Assembly (NCBI GenBank): GCA_000004985.1
Contig: GG738855.1
Strand: one strand, 5' to 3'
Length of the DNA stretch: 64,000 nt
DNA from: Naegleria gruberi
Taxonomy: Eukaryota
Positions 53,601-63,520 of the stretch are shown here, in pieces (the stretch's first letter is position 1; every line of letters starts with the position of its first letter). Position numbers and translations under genes: made by a program. The notes beneath the pieces are model-generated. The model did no database searches and was not told where the DNA came from. It worked only from the letters and a program-made list of their open reading frames with translations.

Positions 53601-53993
53601 TTTTCCTAGATAAATATTTAAAATTGAACGTGTTAAATGTGGGATGAGTGCTGGATGAATTTGGATTGAAAATTTGATCAATTGATCCATTACGTTTTGA
53701 ACTGGTATATCTTTAATTTGTTGATGAGCTTTAATATCCAACTCGGTGAATATTTTAACAATGACATCCAAACATGTTGTTGCTATTGTTCTATTTGATT
53801 TCTTGTTCCGAATATTTGTGATGAGCAATTGAACAATATCATTAGCCATAGAAGCAGGAGTGTTTGGATTTTTAATTTCCACATAAAGACCATTGATTGC
53901 TTGTCTTTGAACGATAGATTCACCAGAGGCAAGTTTATCTTTGAGAGCGTTTGCAATTGCCAAGCTTTGCTTGTTTGATGATTGGCTTTGCAT
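47667..53993 (-). CDS. Very large (2108 aa) HEAT/ARM-repeat-like protein, family unassigned
   Basis: Single uninterrupted ORF with a verified ATG (53991-53993). The sequence is helical-repeat-like throughout, with leucine-rich amphipathic segments and acidic inserts (EEEEEVEEV; EESDDEQEPQP). No catalytic motifs. Confidence 0.6.
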   Translation of the reverse strand: MQSQSSNKQSLAIANALKDKLASGESIVQRQAINGLYVEIKNPNTPASMANDIVQLLITNIRNKKSNRTIATTCLDVIVKIFTELDIKAHQQIKDIPVQNVMDQLIKFSIQIHPALIPHLTRSILNIYLGKFNDGVVNHKQSKEPSKLCSLLTSSSAGSPLVMLVQNRNECLVEILNQVFTSLTRSDSHQFSKLFRFFSPLFAHFFTNRKLIHEEGQQDLPTNLSSNIVSSQDDLFAENDEDSTPINQMRGTLLRNDIMNATHLKMKLLNELKAIILYKIEKSYSLQASDSDSDKKLRANLIKQGYSIVLYLVHFLPSFEVDLNSDVVASCFAPLKIILDLVLQFEEIFATIEEEEAEFCEDYLSHIGNEFEQISLIRSMVYRYIMSIYKEITHYQIDIEMYFNYLFDICKNSLEHFVEFIPIICNSILSSETELESDSWLKVLKQLVFLLVENEESFEEFFDSLNSQHRESAFSKCSHLVVVCSNLLYSLTVLLHVVTSGLSSENKTLASVCIQKIEQYLADKFTNEQEMEEEEEVEEVTSQQDATFGKLFDILPIFQRYDLSLLSCHYRLVGKMLSSSGDRVNVRAEYCAQWSSSLPSLLSKDSKTIYSATGLCCSIGMVLILSRNQFTPSDSLRTVILSAIESITSDILSLKGGLLLQPLIFYELPKEENPSFKTSMMQLLPKLGTKNDINVTPIVKLLTNMTFNKDLLPTVLRLFTELWKQNEKFFTKLKGFLFSFSKYIQSDSNTQIVQVDNYDHLNNFDLETRLAISCSVYEICSRKIEKGAELLPLVTRILCQENNSQVLCYALKSMAILTRNRVVDFYTVWYKVIRQNIVNNSKQSADVLREMCLLFQCTVEPISYESLTDHQKKAKEEDEYNLFVDFESIYKNEVKEIMDILWIHTMDSDESVRCAAFETLGMYPLHTLLYAFKEEESDDEQEPQPVGSEVLDQREENIFAKQEIRRGWLLLLCEALIKRLQKETSLRVLTSATPIIQYILKAELRKPKNTSIVSKDKKASSQSIGLTSFDKFDSLADFAVKQFESKKNMQVTASAVLWQGNLAKVKTPIPETEAFKRLLNDLAMDIVVGSSPEDFFSQLILTQGFYSLARDYYNIAVETSREKESQTHFDTAFETTFSTIKTSIEQSSVPSTTGNYILAMAGLCLALPINAHHHVLKIIEIVKKKLSSSLEAQEDVKYACNMVLASASFELHIFSQLFDLSSLLIAQLHSMINENSTHDVSSASSAISLGVIARNLCLSKTDNYEKGLYLLRHIANNLFSLCFKTERQLFEITEDLSSHKTAFKNVSKANLNWKQKSNLLFGIVQVADTLVRVGEEEKAKLILQELKKEKSIIDDFTKDPKSVDSAILDLCVPSCMIIGQLVLSFYHDGSFGAEEVIEYLQMYEELFNKLQGKSLAVYLKLYMYTSIGYGTLLFGALCETIRKGEEETEHGKQFRRLYLEKFANLIQQYEDEYAESDLSQYQIGTLLFIACLLGADLYTPITKSKVDDSDVFGLNSSEKRPLSIATLRSIFFNKVLMPKNSVKKLAGRAIDIFKSSSTEPKLSIKVRKYASFFVGMFSSIYRTDDNILESSDRIPVKYLSESGLVIYLVQKLTKEDSTVDLLRENISLHNLLLTEKLPKITWSKVIQNVFRLSTSSNEDIAHEVQKNCIRMFCKDAQGTTSSSNSISAISSLCESHSFLSLSHTVQMEFAEIFPQLIAIFPPSRTCSLIDDWVKHTFTTRELDERILFTALRKISKCEVKSNMQNVKKYVEEEILEIIESQMASLLSENKESLINILNKNEGSSLDPFTVNISVQSGKRVLDMVELFSRVFIENRLESHKLLTQNTLSEDSNRMLLNLLLRCQYTKITNDISTLKIVRQVAVKGFTNQDSQQHVDNILSSILTWIISEILSKGDAISSSNKCKFIQDTIDMLSFVFNDLESVYFGSSTNKIPFALENLRRALLFLSSNSLILGATDIYAIHHSHDLFFSNNPIEIDSEYLNMNLLIHGLASSFKNRHFDYSTEHSLMSRLYSVLANFTVASNNNDKVKQNNSKYELSKKTLERLLFQFIVPLLIQIKVFREDQNVSLTQVSTILEHHALKICTKLQQH

Positions 53994-54273
53994 TTTTTTT
54001 TCTCTTTGTTTAGTTTTTTATTGTCGCATCCCAGAGTATTATCAATGAACTAACTCTTCAGTCTTCTTGTTTATAGATTACTAGTATTAAGAAATATTTA
54101 ACCAAAGCGTATTTAATATTTTGTTATTATTTAATAAAATTAAAAACAATATTATTGTCCATATTTGCTGCTATCATCAAACTGAAAATAATATCAACTT
54201 TTTTGTTGTTGTACATTCCGTAATTTGAAAATTGAATAAGTTAGTTTCTTCTACTAGAGGGTTGTTGTTTGAT

Positions 54274-54678
54274 TTAGAGTTGTTCTTCAATCTTACTCTT
54301 TCTCTTCCAATATAAATGTGCTTGTCTGAAACTTTGATCCCAAACCTTTGGATCCCATCCCTTCGGAATGACTTGAGGATTTGGAGGAACCAAGCCCATG
54401 TTTGATAAAAGCTTCATCACATGGTCAGATGGTTGAGCTCCTTGACTGAGCCAGTATTTAACTCTATCAATATCAACATAACAAGTCTTGAATTTTTCTT
54501 GTGGATTCAAAGAATTTTGGAAGAACATATAGTCCATACTCTTGGCACTAGGATCATAAACTCCAATTTTCTCAACAATTTTACCTGATGATGGTGCACG
54601 ACGAGAGTCGGTAACAACAATTCTGTACAATGGGTTGTTTTTTACACCCATACGTTGAAGTCTGATACTACAAACCAT
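54274..54678 (-). CDS. MRPS16: Mitochondrial ribosomal protein bS16 (MRPS16)
   Basis: MVCSIRLQRMGVKNNPLYRIVVTDSRRAPSSGKIVEKIGVYDP... follows the bS16 N-terminal consensus (M..IRL.R.G.K..PfYRIVv.DsR..RdGr.iE.lG.YnP). Confidence 0.8.
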   Translation of the reverse strand: MVCSIRLQRMGVKNNPLYRIVVTDSRRAPSSGKIVEKIGVYDPSAKSMDYMFFQNSLNPQEKFKTCYVDIDRVKYWLSQGAQPSDHVMKLLSNMGLVPPNPQVIPKGWDPKVWDQSFRQAHLYWKRKSKIEEQL

Positions 54679-54767
54679 TTTTTTTTAAAATTCTAAAAAA
54701 TAAAATTGATTTAATTTTGATATTAAGGATTGTTTAGACCCAATTATTGCTTTAATAAATCCAATAT

Positions 54768-55837
54768 TTAGTTTGTGGAAGGTGGTTGAGTTTGTTCTGT
54801 TTGTTGTTGAGTAGTTGTGTTAGTTGTTGATGGTGGAACTGAGGCCATTGCAAAAACAGCAGAGAAAATTCCTCCCAAAATGTTTGAGACACCTTCATTT
54901 ACAGATTGTAAAACAGTCAATTCGTCAATTCTTCTATCTAAGAAATTCCATGTATCTTGGAAATCAGGACTACTATCAGTCAACATGAAAAATTCACAAC
55001 TAGTATAAACCATTCCAACACCAGCTCTCTTAATGTACCATTGAATATCAGTGTCACGGATTCCAGAAATATGACAAATTTCATCAGACAATATGGCAGC
55101 ATTGTAAAGAGCATTTAAACCATGAACTTGATTAACAGGTCCAAGTCCACTATGAGTTCCTGATGTTTTGAAACCAGTTAATTGATTGAAAATTTGGGTT
55201 GGACCATCAACAAGTGGATTTGGTCCGAAAATAAAGGTAGACATGGCTTCTGTCCATTTTCCACACTTGACGAATGGAGCAACCATTTCAAGTCTAGCAC
55301 GAATAGCTTTTTTAATAATTGTTGGTGTATCCATTCTGAATGTTAATTAATTGATCATTATATTATTTGATAAATGGTAAGGACTTACCCTGTCTTGTCC
55401 ATTGTTTGAATTTGTACACTCATAGCTCTATTACATTTTGTTAAAAAGTGTTGAATCAATTCAGTTTCTGGTCCTAAACTTGTGGCACCAGTTGCGAAAA
55501 GTTGTGAAGATGCCATTGGACTCAATCCGAAATCCTTTGAGGCTTCAGAGATAGCATCAACTGACCATCCGAGAGTTGGAACATATTTATCAACAGCAGC
55601 ATCAAGAATTGATCTTTTGAGTGTTTTAATATCCAAGGTATTATTACTTGTTGTGGAGGTATTAGTGGTTGTAGATGAAGTGAAAGATGAAGCAGGTTGG
55701 TTAAAAATTATTCTTGAATTTGTGTATTGTCTTGATTGAACAAAAACTTTACGGATCATCAAAGATGATGATTTAAATTGATTCTTGTTCTTTAATAATA
55801 AACGGGCTGATGAACGAGTAGTATTCAAACTGAACAT
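54768..55837 (-). CDS. COQ9: Ubiquinone biosynthesis protein COQ9, mitochondrial. Model: complement(join(54768..55335,55389..55837)).
   Basis: Exon 1 has a long presequence plus ILDAAVDKYVPTLGWSVDAISEASKDFGLSPMASSQLFATGATS..LIQHFLTKCNRAMSVQIQTMDKTG|. A 53-nt intron (GTAAGT..TTCAG, phase 2) leads to |MDTPTIIKKAIRARLEMVAPFVKCGKWTEAMS... This matches COQ9 (ILdAAl.hVP.hGWt..Ai.eGA..lGLS.a...mF..g..eLI.hFv..cN..L...L). Confidence 0.8.
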
Positions 55838-55855
55838 TTTTTTAATTTAATAATT

Positions 55856-58219
55856 TTATTTTCTTGGCTGTATTTGCAAGCTTAGCTCATACAGCTCTTC
55901 TTCACTTCTTTCCTTCTCATTGAACGAAATCATTTCCTTGATAAAATCATTATTCGGTTCAATTTCATATGGTCTTCCTTGGAATCTCAAAATTTGGTAC
56001 ATTACATTATAAGTATTGATACATTTGGAAAAGTTAATCTTGCCATCCATAATTGTTGGATTACCATCATCTGTAAAAACCAAATCTCTCAAATAAATAC
56101 CAATATAAGGGCAGCAAGGTTTTCCATTAGTAAAACATTCATTCATTGCCATTCTGAAGTTTTTGCTGTTACCTTTTGGAGAACTGAGTTCATTACAAGC
56201 ATTTTGAACCTCATTCAGTTTTTCATCCATTTCATCCCAAACTTTACTCAATCTGTGAACTGGTGTTGATCCTAGAGCACCAATAATTGCCATTAGCATA
56301 TTATAACTGTTCATTTCTTTCAAAATTCCAAGAACTTGCATTATCTTTTTACCAAATCTTACTCTCTTTTGAGGATCTTCCTCTGTAAGAATCTTGACCG
56401 AAAGCCATGTACTAACCTTATTCAAAAAGTTAATATTCAACATGACATGAGGAGCTTGATGTCTTCTCTTATCCTTATTCCATGCTTGATCAAGAATTTC
56501 AGTAAAATGAATTTCGTTATAAAGAGCATAGTCCATATATGTTAGTTGTTCAGCAATTTCTTTTGGTGTTAGCTCTGATAGGTCAATCCCCTGTGTTCCA
56601 CCACCAACAAATTTTGCTTTCTTATTTTCTTTAATGTTGAAAATCTTATCCATATCCTTAGCTTTTTGCCATGGTTGTTTTCTATCTTGTTTGGCCATCA
56701 ATTCCTTAATATGTGTTATTGTAGATGATATTCCTAGATCTAGATTCGTTATAATATTAGAAGAAGGGTTAACATTTAGTGACTCGAATGCAGTTCTTAT
56801 GAAAGCGTCCAAAGAATTGACCATATCATTATCAAAATCAAACATGCCACTCTTTACAAATTTCAATATCAATAAAAGGCACTTTTTTTTGATTCCTACT
56901 GCTACAACATTGGAGAAGAAACTTCTTTCAACATCATTGAATAAAAGATCTTGCTCTGTTAATTCTGGAACAAAGTATCTCTGATAAATCTTATCGAGTA
57001 CAATCTTTGGTTTCATACTATACCTAAAAGTATACCAAAATACATCAGAGAGAAATTGTGGTGAATATGCATCTGTTAAAAGAATGATTAAACGATTGAT
57101 ATCAATAACTTTTGGAACATCTCCATTAAATAAATCAGGAACACTCGATTTTTGCATTACTATCGAATCATCACAGGCTGGAGGTTCATCATAAATTGGT
57201 GTCTTTACCTGAGATTCCATATTGAACTTATCAGCAGCTGCTTGCTTTCTAGAAAATTCCATTAATTTATCCCCATTCTTAAAGTTGATAATCTTTTGGA
57301 GATAAATTGGTCCAGGTGGCTTCTTGTTATACAATTTGTCACTATAATACATGTTAACAATCTTTTGGTAATGGTGAGTTTGAAGACCATGGTGTAGTTT
57401 CAAAACAAAAGGAGACATTCCTAAAATTTTAACAAACAGTCTCATTGTTTGATTCGAATCGTCAACTGTTTCAGGAGTACCATTCATTTGAGCTTGATAT
57501 ACTTCATCAAAAACTTCTTCAAGCTCTTCATCTAGATAATAATCATACTCTGATACATCGTGAAAGAAGAATACAAATTGTTGATCCAATTCTATTTTTG
57601 ATGCCAACATTAAAATGTCATTATTGATGCTTGCTGTTTTTAGAATCCTAACTTCGAATGGTATTGCTCCTAGAGATTGAGAATTAGAATCAGGGTCATA
57701 CGATAAAACTGACTTGATATTGGTTCCAAATTTTGCATTTGTAAAGATTGATTGACCTTTGTTATTCACAAATTTGATTCTTTCATCCTTTCCTATTACC
57801 AAACTCGGGGTTGGTATTGTTGAAATTGAGTCTTGAATGAATGAGTTGGATTTATATTTTTCGGCATATCTGGTGAGTGAGGTTACCCATCTTTGATGTT
57901 CCACACCATCTTTTGCTTTTAATAAAACTGGAGCCTTATTGGTAAGGAACAGGAGAATGGTAAAATTTTGGTGAGTGATTTTCTCTGCATTGATCACTTG
58001 TATAACTGATGAGTTGTTCAAAACCAAACTTTCCTTGAGTGAAACTTCTGGATAAAATTGAGGATTGTTTGGATATTGAAATAATACTCCGTCATCCTTT
58101 AAAACCATATACATTTTCCTCCAAGTTGAAAAGAGACTTCTTCTCAATACCTCTCCTTCCATAACGGTTTTTTCACCTAAGAGAAGGCCAGAACCAGCTG
58201 AGTTTGATGAGGAAGGCAT
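55856..58219 (-). CDS. Ras guanine-nucleotide exchange factor with N-terminal PH domain, RasGEF-N (REM) and CDC25-homology catalytic domain
   Basis: The PH-like N-terminus (VLRRSLFSTWRKMYMVLKDDGVLFQYPNN...HQRWVTSL), the REM segment (VPDLFNGDVPKVIDINRLIILLTDAYSPQFLSDVFWYTFRYSM) and the CDC25 domain (...TWLSVKILTEEDPQKRVRFGKKIMQVLGILKEMNSYNMLMAIIGALGSTPVHRLSKVWDEMDEKLNEVQ..PCCPYIGIYLRDLVFTDDGNP) are all present. Confidence 0.8.
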   Translation of the reverse strand: MPSSSNSAGSGLLLGEKTVMEGEVLRRSLFSTWRKMYMVLKDDGVLFQYPNNPQFYPEVSLKESLVLNNSSVIQVINAEKITHQNFTILLFLTNKAPVLLKAKDGVEHQRWVTSLTRYAEKYKSNSFIQDSISTIPTPSLVIGKDERIKFVNNKGQSIFTNAKFGTNIKSVLSYDPDSNSQSLGAIPFEVRILKTASINNDILMLASKIELDQQFVFFFHDVSEYDYYLDEELEEVFDEVYQAQMNGTPETVDDSNQTMRLFVKILGMSPFVLKLHHGLQTHHYQKIVNMYYSDKLYNKKPPGPIYLQKIINFKNGDKLMEFSRKQAAADKFNMESQVKTPIYDEPPACDDSIVMQKSSVPDLFNGDVPKVIDINRLIILLTDAYSPQFLSDVFWYTFRYSMKPKIVLDKIYQRYFVPELTEQDLLFNDVERSFFSNVVAVGIKKKCLLLILKFVKSGMFDFDNDMVNSLDAFIRTAFESLNVNPSSNIITNLDLGISSTITHIKELMAKQDRKQPWQKAKDMDKIFNIKENKKAKFVGGGTQGIDLSELTPKEIAEQLTYMDYALYNEIHFTEILDQAWNKDKRRHQAPHVMLNINFLNKVSTWLSVKILTEEDPQKRVRFGKKIMQVLGILKEMNSYNMLMAIIGALGSTPVHRLSKVWDEMDEKLNEVQNACNELSSPKGNSKNFRMAMNECFTNGKPCCPYIGIYLRDLVFTDDGNPTIMDGKINFSKCINTYNVMYQILRFQGRPYEIEPNNDFIKEMISFNEKERSEEELYELSLQIQPRK

Positions 58220-58375
58220 TTTTTTATTAAGGATGCCGCATTGCTTTTGTTTGGCGCATTATTTATTTGATGAAATAAAATTATTTTATTTAAATATTTA
58301 AAAAAATCATCCTGTCTTGTTTGTGGGATCTACACACCTGTATCTTTGATAGGCTCATCTCTTGCAAGATCAAAA

Positions 58376-61300
58376 ATGATGAATCCAAATCATTATTTTC
58401 TGAACCCGTATGTTGTTGTATGGGAGTTGTCAGAAGATAATTTCAAAGATGATCCAAATCCAAGTTATTATGATCCTCAGAGTCAACAAACCTCGCAACA
58501 ACAACAACAACAACCTCTAAATCGTGTAAAACGATCCATTTCATCAAACAATTTACAAACCACATCCACTACAACAACATCATCCTCATCAATAGTAAAC
58601 ACTAAATATGCTCTATGGAATAGACAAATTAAAAGACTTTGTATTAATAATCAACAATTTCAAGCCAGTGGACTTTCAACTCTTCAAGTTGTAAAGGGGA
58701 AGATACAAAAAATTCAATCCAACAAAACAAACAAAACAACAACAACCAGTAATTCCGGATCAGCTTCTACTACTACAAGTACACCTCTGGAAGTTGTACC
58801 AAATTTGGATTTAATTAAACCTATCAGTCAGTATAAAGTTGACTTTTACACATCAAATGATTCGAGGATTAAAGATTGTAACTCTAGGCACTGGTCTTGC
58901 TGGTATAGAAATCCATATTTCCATCTATTTATTGTACAAACAGAAGATTTGGAAATCTATAAGAGTAATATTAAACCTAAACTTAAAAAATGGGTTGATT
59001 ACATGACAGAAAGAGATTACGAATATTTAATTTGTTATGTTTCGAGTAACACATCTTCTGGAGATTTGTTTAAGAAATTCTCTCTATTCAGTAAGGTGTA
59101 TGACAAATTAAAGAGCGACTTTGGAAAGGCTACATCAAATGGATCGAATAGTATTGCTTCATCAAGCTCTGCAAGTAGAGTGATTAAACTAGGTCTTCAA
59201 CATGCACTCAATGGAGCAAATAATAGTAATGGTACCACACTAAATACAAGTGCAAGTAGCAGTTCAAGTCAAGATGATTCATTACTATCAACTAGTGGAT
59301 CTAATACAAGTGTTGTGAAGGAAATGTACACAAGAATTCATGAAGGAATTTTGCATGAGTTTTCAAGAAGATGTGCTAAATATGAAGAGGAAATCAAAAA
59401 AACAGAGATGAATATGCATCTTCCTGGTTGGCAATTTTCTCAATATTTTATTCAAAAAGAAGGTCTTTCCTTTTTACTAGAACAATTTGGACTTTTTGTT
59501 AATTCTCTTGGTATTTACAATCAATTACTTGGGTTTGCTTCATCAGAAAGAAAAATGGTTCAATATGCCAATTTCTTTGATGAGAAACAATTCAAAATTG
59601 TCAACATTTTGGAAGACCAATATGATGGTTTTAGAGATAGTATGAAAAATTCATTAATTTCAGAATTTGAGTTTCAAAATTATGTATTTTCTAGACAGAT
59701 GCACTTGTTTTTTAAGCTCCATATGTCAGATCAAGTTGCTAGAGTTGCTCCTTTACACATTTCTAGTTTAGTAAAGAGATTGGAACAAGAATTGCTTACC
59801 TCTAATACTGAAACCAATGAACTTGCCACTTCATGGGATGAAAATACCTTGACAAAATACTTGAATATTCACGCATGGGCTTATGCATCTGCATTTTGTG
59901 TAGCTGAAGAGTGTTATAAGAGAGTGAAGGAAATGTCTGACGATGTTCAAAGAACATTATACAGATTATGTGGTGATATTTATTTATATTGTAGATATGA
60001 ATTAGAAATTTTAGGTTCAGTATTTGACATGGATATTTCTTGGGATAATATATGTACTGGAGGAACAGACACTGTTTTTGATTTGAGTTTAAAACATGTG
60101 GATTCAGCTGCAGAACTGGTTACTAATCTTCCATTTATAACAAAAGTGGAGTATTCTAAACTAGCTCATACGCTAAATATGGACGTTGAACAAAAGAAAT
60201 TACTTCTTGTTTATAACACTAATTACTTACCAGCCTCTCTGTTAAAACAAGCTCTATCAACCCAACAAGAATTTGATGAGAGAATGTTAGCAGTGATATC
60301 ATCTGTTGCAGATTGTTACAATAATGGACTGAGAAATAGATTCTATCAGAAATTGAATGGAGACATGGCTGCTATACATTTCAGACAAGGAAAATATGTA
60401 GAATCCTTTAAATATTTGAAGGGACAACTCTCCATGTATCTTACTGATGGCTGGTATGGTATTGCAACTGATGTATTGATCAAAATGGCAGAATGTACAA
60501 AACATATGAAATCTGAAGTTGATTACGTATCATCATGTGTAGATTTAATTACTTCAAAATATACAAATAATCTCCAAAAACTTTATTACTGGAGAGAAAT
60601 GACAGATACTCTTAAAAACTATGAAAATACTATCTCAAAACAAATAGAGGATACATCCATGTGGTATACCTGTGTAACAACAACAAAGCAAAATGAAGCA
60701 TGTTTAGAAATGGGTAAACAATTGAATTTAATCGTTACCATTTTCAATGATTCACTACTTGAAGAATTTACAGCTGAAGAGCTTTCACTTTCATTTATTC
60801 AAGTTGATGAGGATTCTTATCATGAAAGACTTGTCATTTCAAGAAATATTTCTAACACACCTTTAAAAAGGGGCAAAAATGTTTTTCCAATAGATGAAAT
60901 GATGCTACGCCTTGGCTCTTTCCGTCTGGAGCGCATTTCCATCAAATTTGGTAAATTAGAGCTTATTGTACCAACTAAAAGAAAGGAAGAAGAATTGGTA
61001 TATAATAGACCATTCGTTGTTGTGTCATCAGAAAAAACCAATAGAGAAAAGGTTAAACCAAAGAGTGATAACTCTCTTCTATCTAGACTTACAAGAACTA
61101 AAGATACTGATACACAATCTGAAATTGAAAGTCAAATGGAAACTATGTTTGCCGATGATGACTCTTCTTCATTCACTACCACTACAATGGTAGCAGTTAA
61201 GAAGGATAGTTTAAAGGATGCCTTCCTATTATTGGTACTTGAATCTAGACCAACACTGACTATAGAAACTGTCAAAGAGCAACTCTTCCTTCTAAACTCT

Positions 61301-63181
61301 GTTCACTATTTCTGTATTACAGTCGATACAAAACAAGACCTTGTTGAATGTGGATCAATGTCTATTACATCACTATCTCAAAATTTACGTGTTTGCCCAG
61401 ATAAGAAGGGTTTTATTATAGTCGATGAGGGAGCCGAAGAAGAGATTGATATTTTGGATTGTTCAATTTCAATTCCAAAATTAGGAACGGGCAGGCGTCT
61501 TACCTACAAGATACCTATTATTGCAACAGAAATTTCCAAAGAAAGACTTACAGAGAATTACAATATGAGCTTTAGAGCTAACTATACTAAACAAGTTACA
61601 AGAGAATCATTCAAATTACAAAAAACGTTTGAAATTACTTTTTATCAACCATTTTCGTGTGAATGCTTTTCTACTAAAATGTCAGAGAGTATCTATATGA
61701 TTCAAGTTTTAACAAAGTGCATAACACCAAAACCGTTAGAGATATCCAAATACGAAATTACTTCATCAGACTCTTTTAATATTACCAAAGATTTCAATAC
61801 CCATCTCATAACTACTACATCTCCAATGGAAGTATTTGCTGAAGATTTTATTTCTTATGTATTTGAAGCTGTTGTTTCAAAACCATTCACTCCTCCTGTT
61901 ATGAATTTGGAATTTTCAATTCCAACCCAAGACTCTGCAGTTTATCATTTTATTGTACCATCCATTGGTATAAATGAAGAGATTGACCCTCAATTTTCTG
62001 TTGATGTTAACTGCTTTGCCCAAACTAAGAACGAATCCTTGTCACCTCTTATGGGTTTTCCTTCAACAGCAGAGGAAGATATTACAAATGAAACAGAGGG
62101 AACCCAAAAGGCTCTTGTTGTAGGGCGTTCTTGTCAAATGAGTTTGGATTTATTCATTACCAAGCCATTAGTATTCCACAATGATCGTGCATTTATTTTG
62201 GAAATCGAGGCAGATCCTCTACATTGGGTTTTATCTGGTACTAGTAGAATAGTTCTCGATGAAAGTATCAATCTATCACCATTACACGTTGAAGTTGGAC
62301 TCATTCCACTATCAAGTGGTTATGTTGCCCTTCCAGATATTAATATCATTTGTAAATCTAAAACAAATTCAGCTGAGGAAAAGTCTTTCTCCGATGTTTT
62401 ACAAAGAAATTATCACAATGTTGAAAATAGAGGAAGAGCCTTTGTTTTACCATTGTCTTCTAAAGATGTGATATTTGGACCACTATTCCCTGTAAATTTT
62501 CCTAATGTTGATCTTTCCCTTCTTACCAAATTACCTCAACCAAGCATTTCACAAACTTCTCTTTCATCTGAAATTGATTCACCAGCTAAACCACCTTCCA
62601 AACCACTTTCTCAAATAGATTCTCAAAGAAATTCAAAATCTCTTAAGGTAACAACTCCTACTTCTATTTCACCAATTTCTTCCCAAGCACATGATGAATA
62701 TGATGATGGTTCTCAATGGAATGAAGGTCCACTCGGAAAGCAAATTGAGGATGTTAATCCAATTGCTTACACACAACCAAAGTTTGTCACTCCAAACATT
62801 GTAAATTCTTCAGAGAAATTGATGGATAAACATCCTGCCATAAGTCCAATATCAATCCCAATTTCCAAAATTGCAACACCACCTCCACATGTTCTTGTTG
62901 ACAGAAAACTTCCTTCATCTCCAAGACCAACACCCAGAGCAGCAATTATTAATATGAGAAGAAGAGAGGGAGCTCAAGCTCATAAGAGAACAAAATCAGA
63001 GTATTTGGCCTTTTCCAGCGCTGAAATGGAAGTTCTACCACAAACAGACTTGCTATCACCTGTTTCAAACACAGTTACAACCAATAACAATCGTAAAGGT
63101 TTAGCTCCACCCCTCTCTGAGGTTGAAATTTCTGAAGGAGCAGATGCTTCATCTGATGAGAATGACGGTTTTTCAGAGTAA
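58376..63181 (+). CDS. Large (about 1600 aa) TRAPP-II-type trafficking subunit-like protein (TRAPPC10/Trs130-like?)
   Basis: First ATG at 58376 (the track start at 58346 is a non-ATG codon). The N-terminal block WYRNPYFHLFIVQTEDLEIYKSNIKPKLKKWVDYMTERDYEYLICYVSS resembles the TRAPPC10 N-terminal signature (hLyvlv.cdD.dtYK...kp.l..W.......eWLIV.V). TPR-like helical middle (AAIHFRQGKYVESFKYLKGQLSMYLTDGWYGIATDVLIKMAECTKHMKSEVDYVSSCVDLI). Long beta-rich C-terminus with an S/P-rich tail. Family call is tentative. Confidence 0.5.
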   Translation: MMNPNHYFLNPYVVVWELSEDNFKDDPNPSYYDPQSQQTSQQQQQQPLNRVKRSISSNNLQTTSTTTTSSSSIVNTKYALWNRQIKRLCINNQQFQASGLSTLQVVKGKIQKIQSNKTNKTTTTSNSGSASTTTSTPLEVVPNLDLIKPISQYKVDFYTSNDSRIKDCNSRHWSCWYRNPYFHLFIVQTEDLEIYKSNIKPKLKKWVDYMTERDYEYLICYVSSNTSSGDLFKKFSLFSKVYDKLKSDFGKATSNGSNSIASSSSASRVIKLGLQHALNGANNSNGTTLNTSASSSSSQDDSLLSTSGSNTSVVKEMYTRIHEGILHEFSRRCAKYEEEIKKTEMNMHLPGWQFSQYFIQKEGLSFLLEQFGLFVNSLGIYNQLLGFASSERKMVQYANFFDEKQFKIVNILEDQYDGFRDSMKNSLISEFEFQNYVFSRQMHLFFKLHMSDQVARVAPLHISSLVKRLEQELLTSNTETNELATSWDENTLTKYLNIHAWAYASAFCVAEECYKRVKEMSDDVQRTLYRLCGDIYLYCRYELEILGSVFDMDISWDNICTGGTDTVFDLSLKHVDSAAELVTNLPFITKVEYSKLAHTLNMDVEQKKLLLVYNTNYLPASLLKQALSTQQEFDERMLAVISSVADCYNNGLRNRFYQKLNGDMAAIHFRQGKYVESFKYLKGQLSMYLTDGWYGIATDVLIKMAECTKHMKSEVDYVSSCVDLITSKYTNNLQKLYYWREMTDTLKNYENTISKQIEDTSMWYTCVTTTKQNEACLEMGKQLNLIVTIFNDSLLEEFTAEELSLSFIQVDEDSYHERLVISRNISNTPLKRGKNVFPIDEMMLRLGSFRLERISIKFGKLELIVPTKRKEEELVYNRPFVVVSSEKTNREKVKPKSDNSLLSRLTRTKDTDTQSEIESQMETMFADDDSSSFTTTTMVAVKKDSLKDAFLLLVLESRPTLTIETVKEQLFLLNSVHYFCITVDTKQDLVECGSMSITSLSQNLRVCPDKKGFIIVDEGAEEEIDILDCSISIPKLGTGRRLTYKIPIIATEISKERLTENYNMSFRANYTKQVTRESFKLQKTFEITFYQPFSCECFSTKMSESIYMIQVLTKCITPKPLEISKYEITSSDSFNITKDFNTHLITTTSPMEVFAEDFISYVFEAVVSKPFTPPVMNLEFSIPTQDSAVYHFIVPSIGINEEIDPQFSVDVNCFAQTKNESLSPLMGFPSTAEEDITNETEGTQKALVVGRSCQMSLDLFITKPLVFHNDRAFILEIEADPLHWVLSGTSRIVLDESINLSPLHVEVGLIPLSSGYVALPDINIICKSKTNSAEEKSFSDVLQRNYHNVENRGRAFVLPLSSKDVIFGPLFPVNFPNVDLSLLTKLPQPSISQTSLSSEIDSPAKPPSKPLSQIDSQRNSKSLKVTTPTSISPISSQAHDEYDDGSQWNEGPLGKQIEDVNPIAYTQPKFVTPNIVNSSEKLMDKHPAISPISIPISKIATPPPHVLVDRKLPSSPRPTPRAAIINMRRREGAQAHKRTKSEYLAFSSAEMEVLPQTDLLSPVSNTVTTNNNRKGLAPPLSEVEISEGADASSDENDGFSE

Positions 63182-63520
63182 TTTAATAAATAATTTATTG
63201 TTTAAAGAATAGAGAAGATTATATCATTAACACTGCTTCCTTCGCAAGGTTCAAGAATACTTTGGTGCTGGAAAGGCCTTTTGTTGATCTAGATGATACT
63301 CAGTCCTAATAAACTGCAAATGAAATAACTTCTCAAATTTCAAACTCTTCATCAAAAAAAATTCTCTACAGCCTGTTGTTTCCGCCCTTTTTGATCTTTA
63401 TAAAGGACATTAAACAACATCAACAACAAAGGAAACAATCTTTCTCCATCATCTAATCTATTTAATACAACTTATTGGTATTGAGAAGAAAATATTTAAA
63501 CATTTTGAAAGATTGATCCT

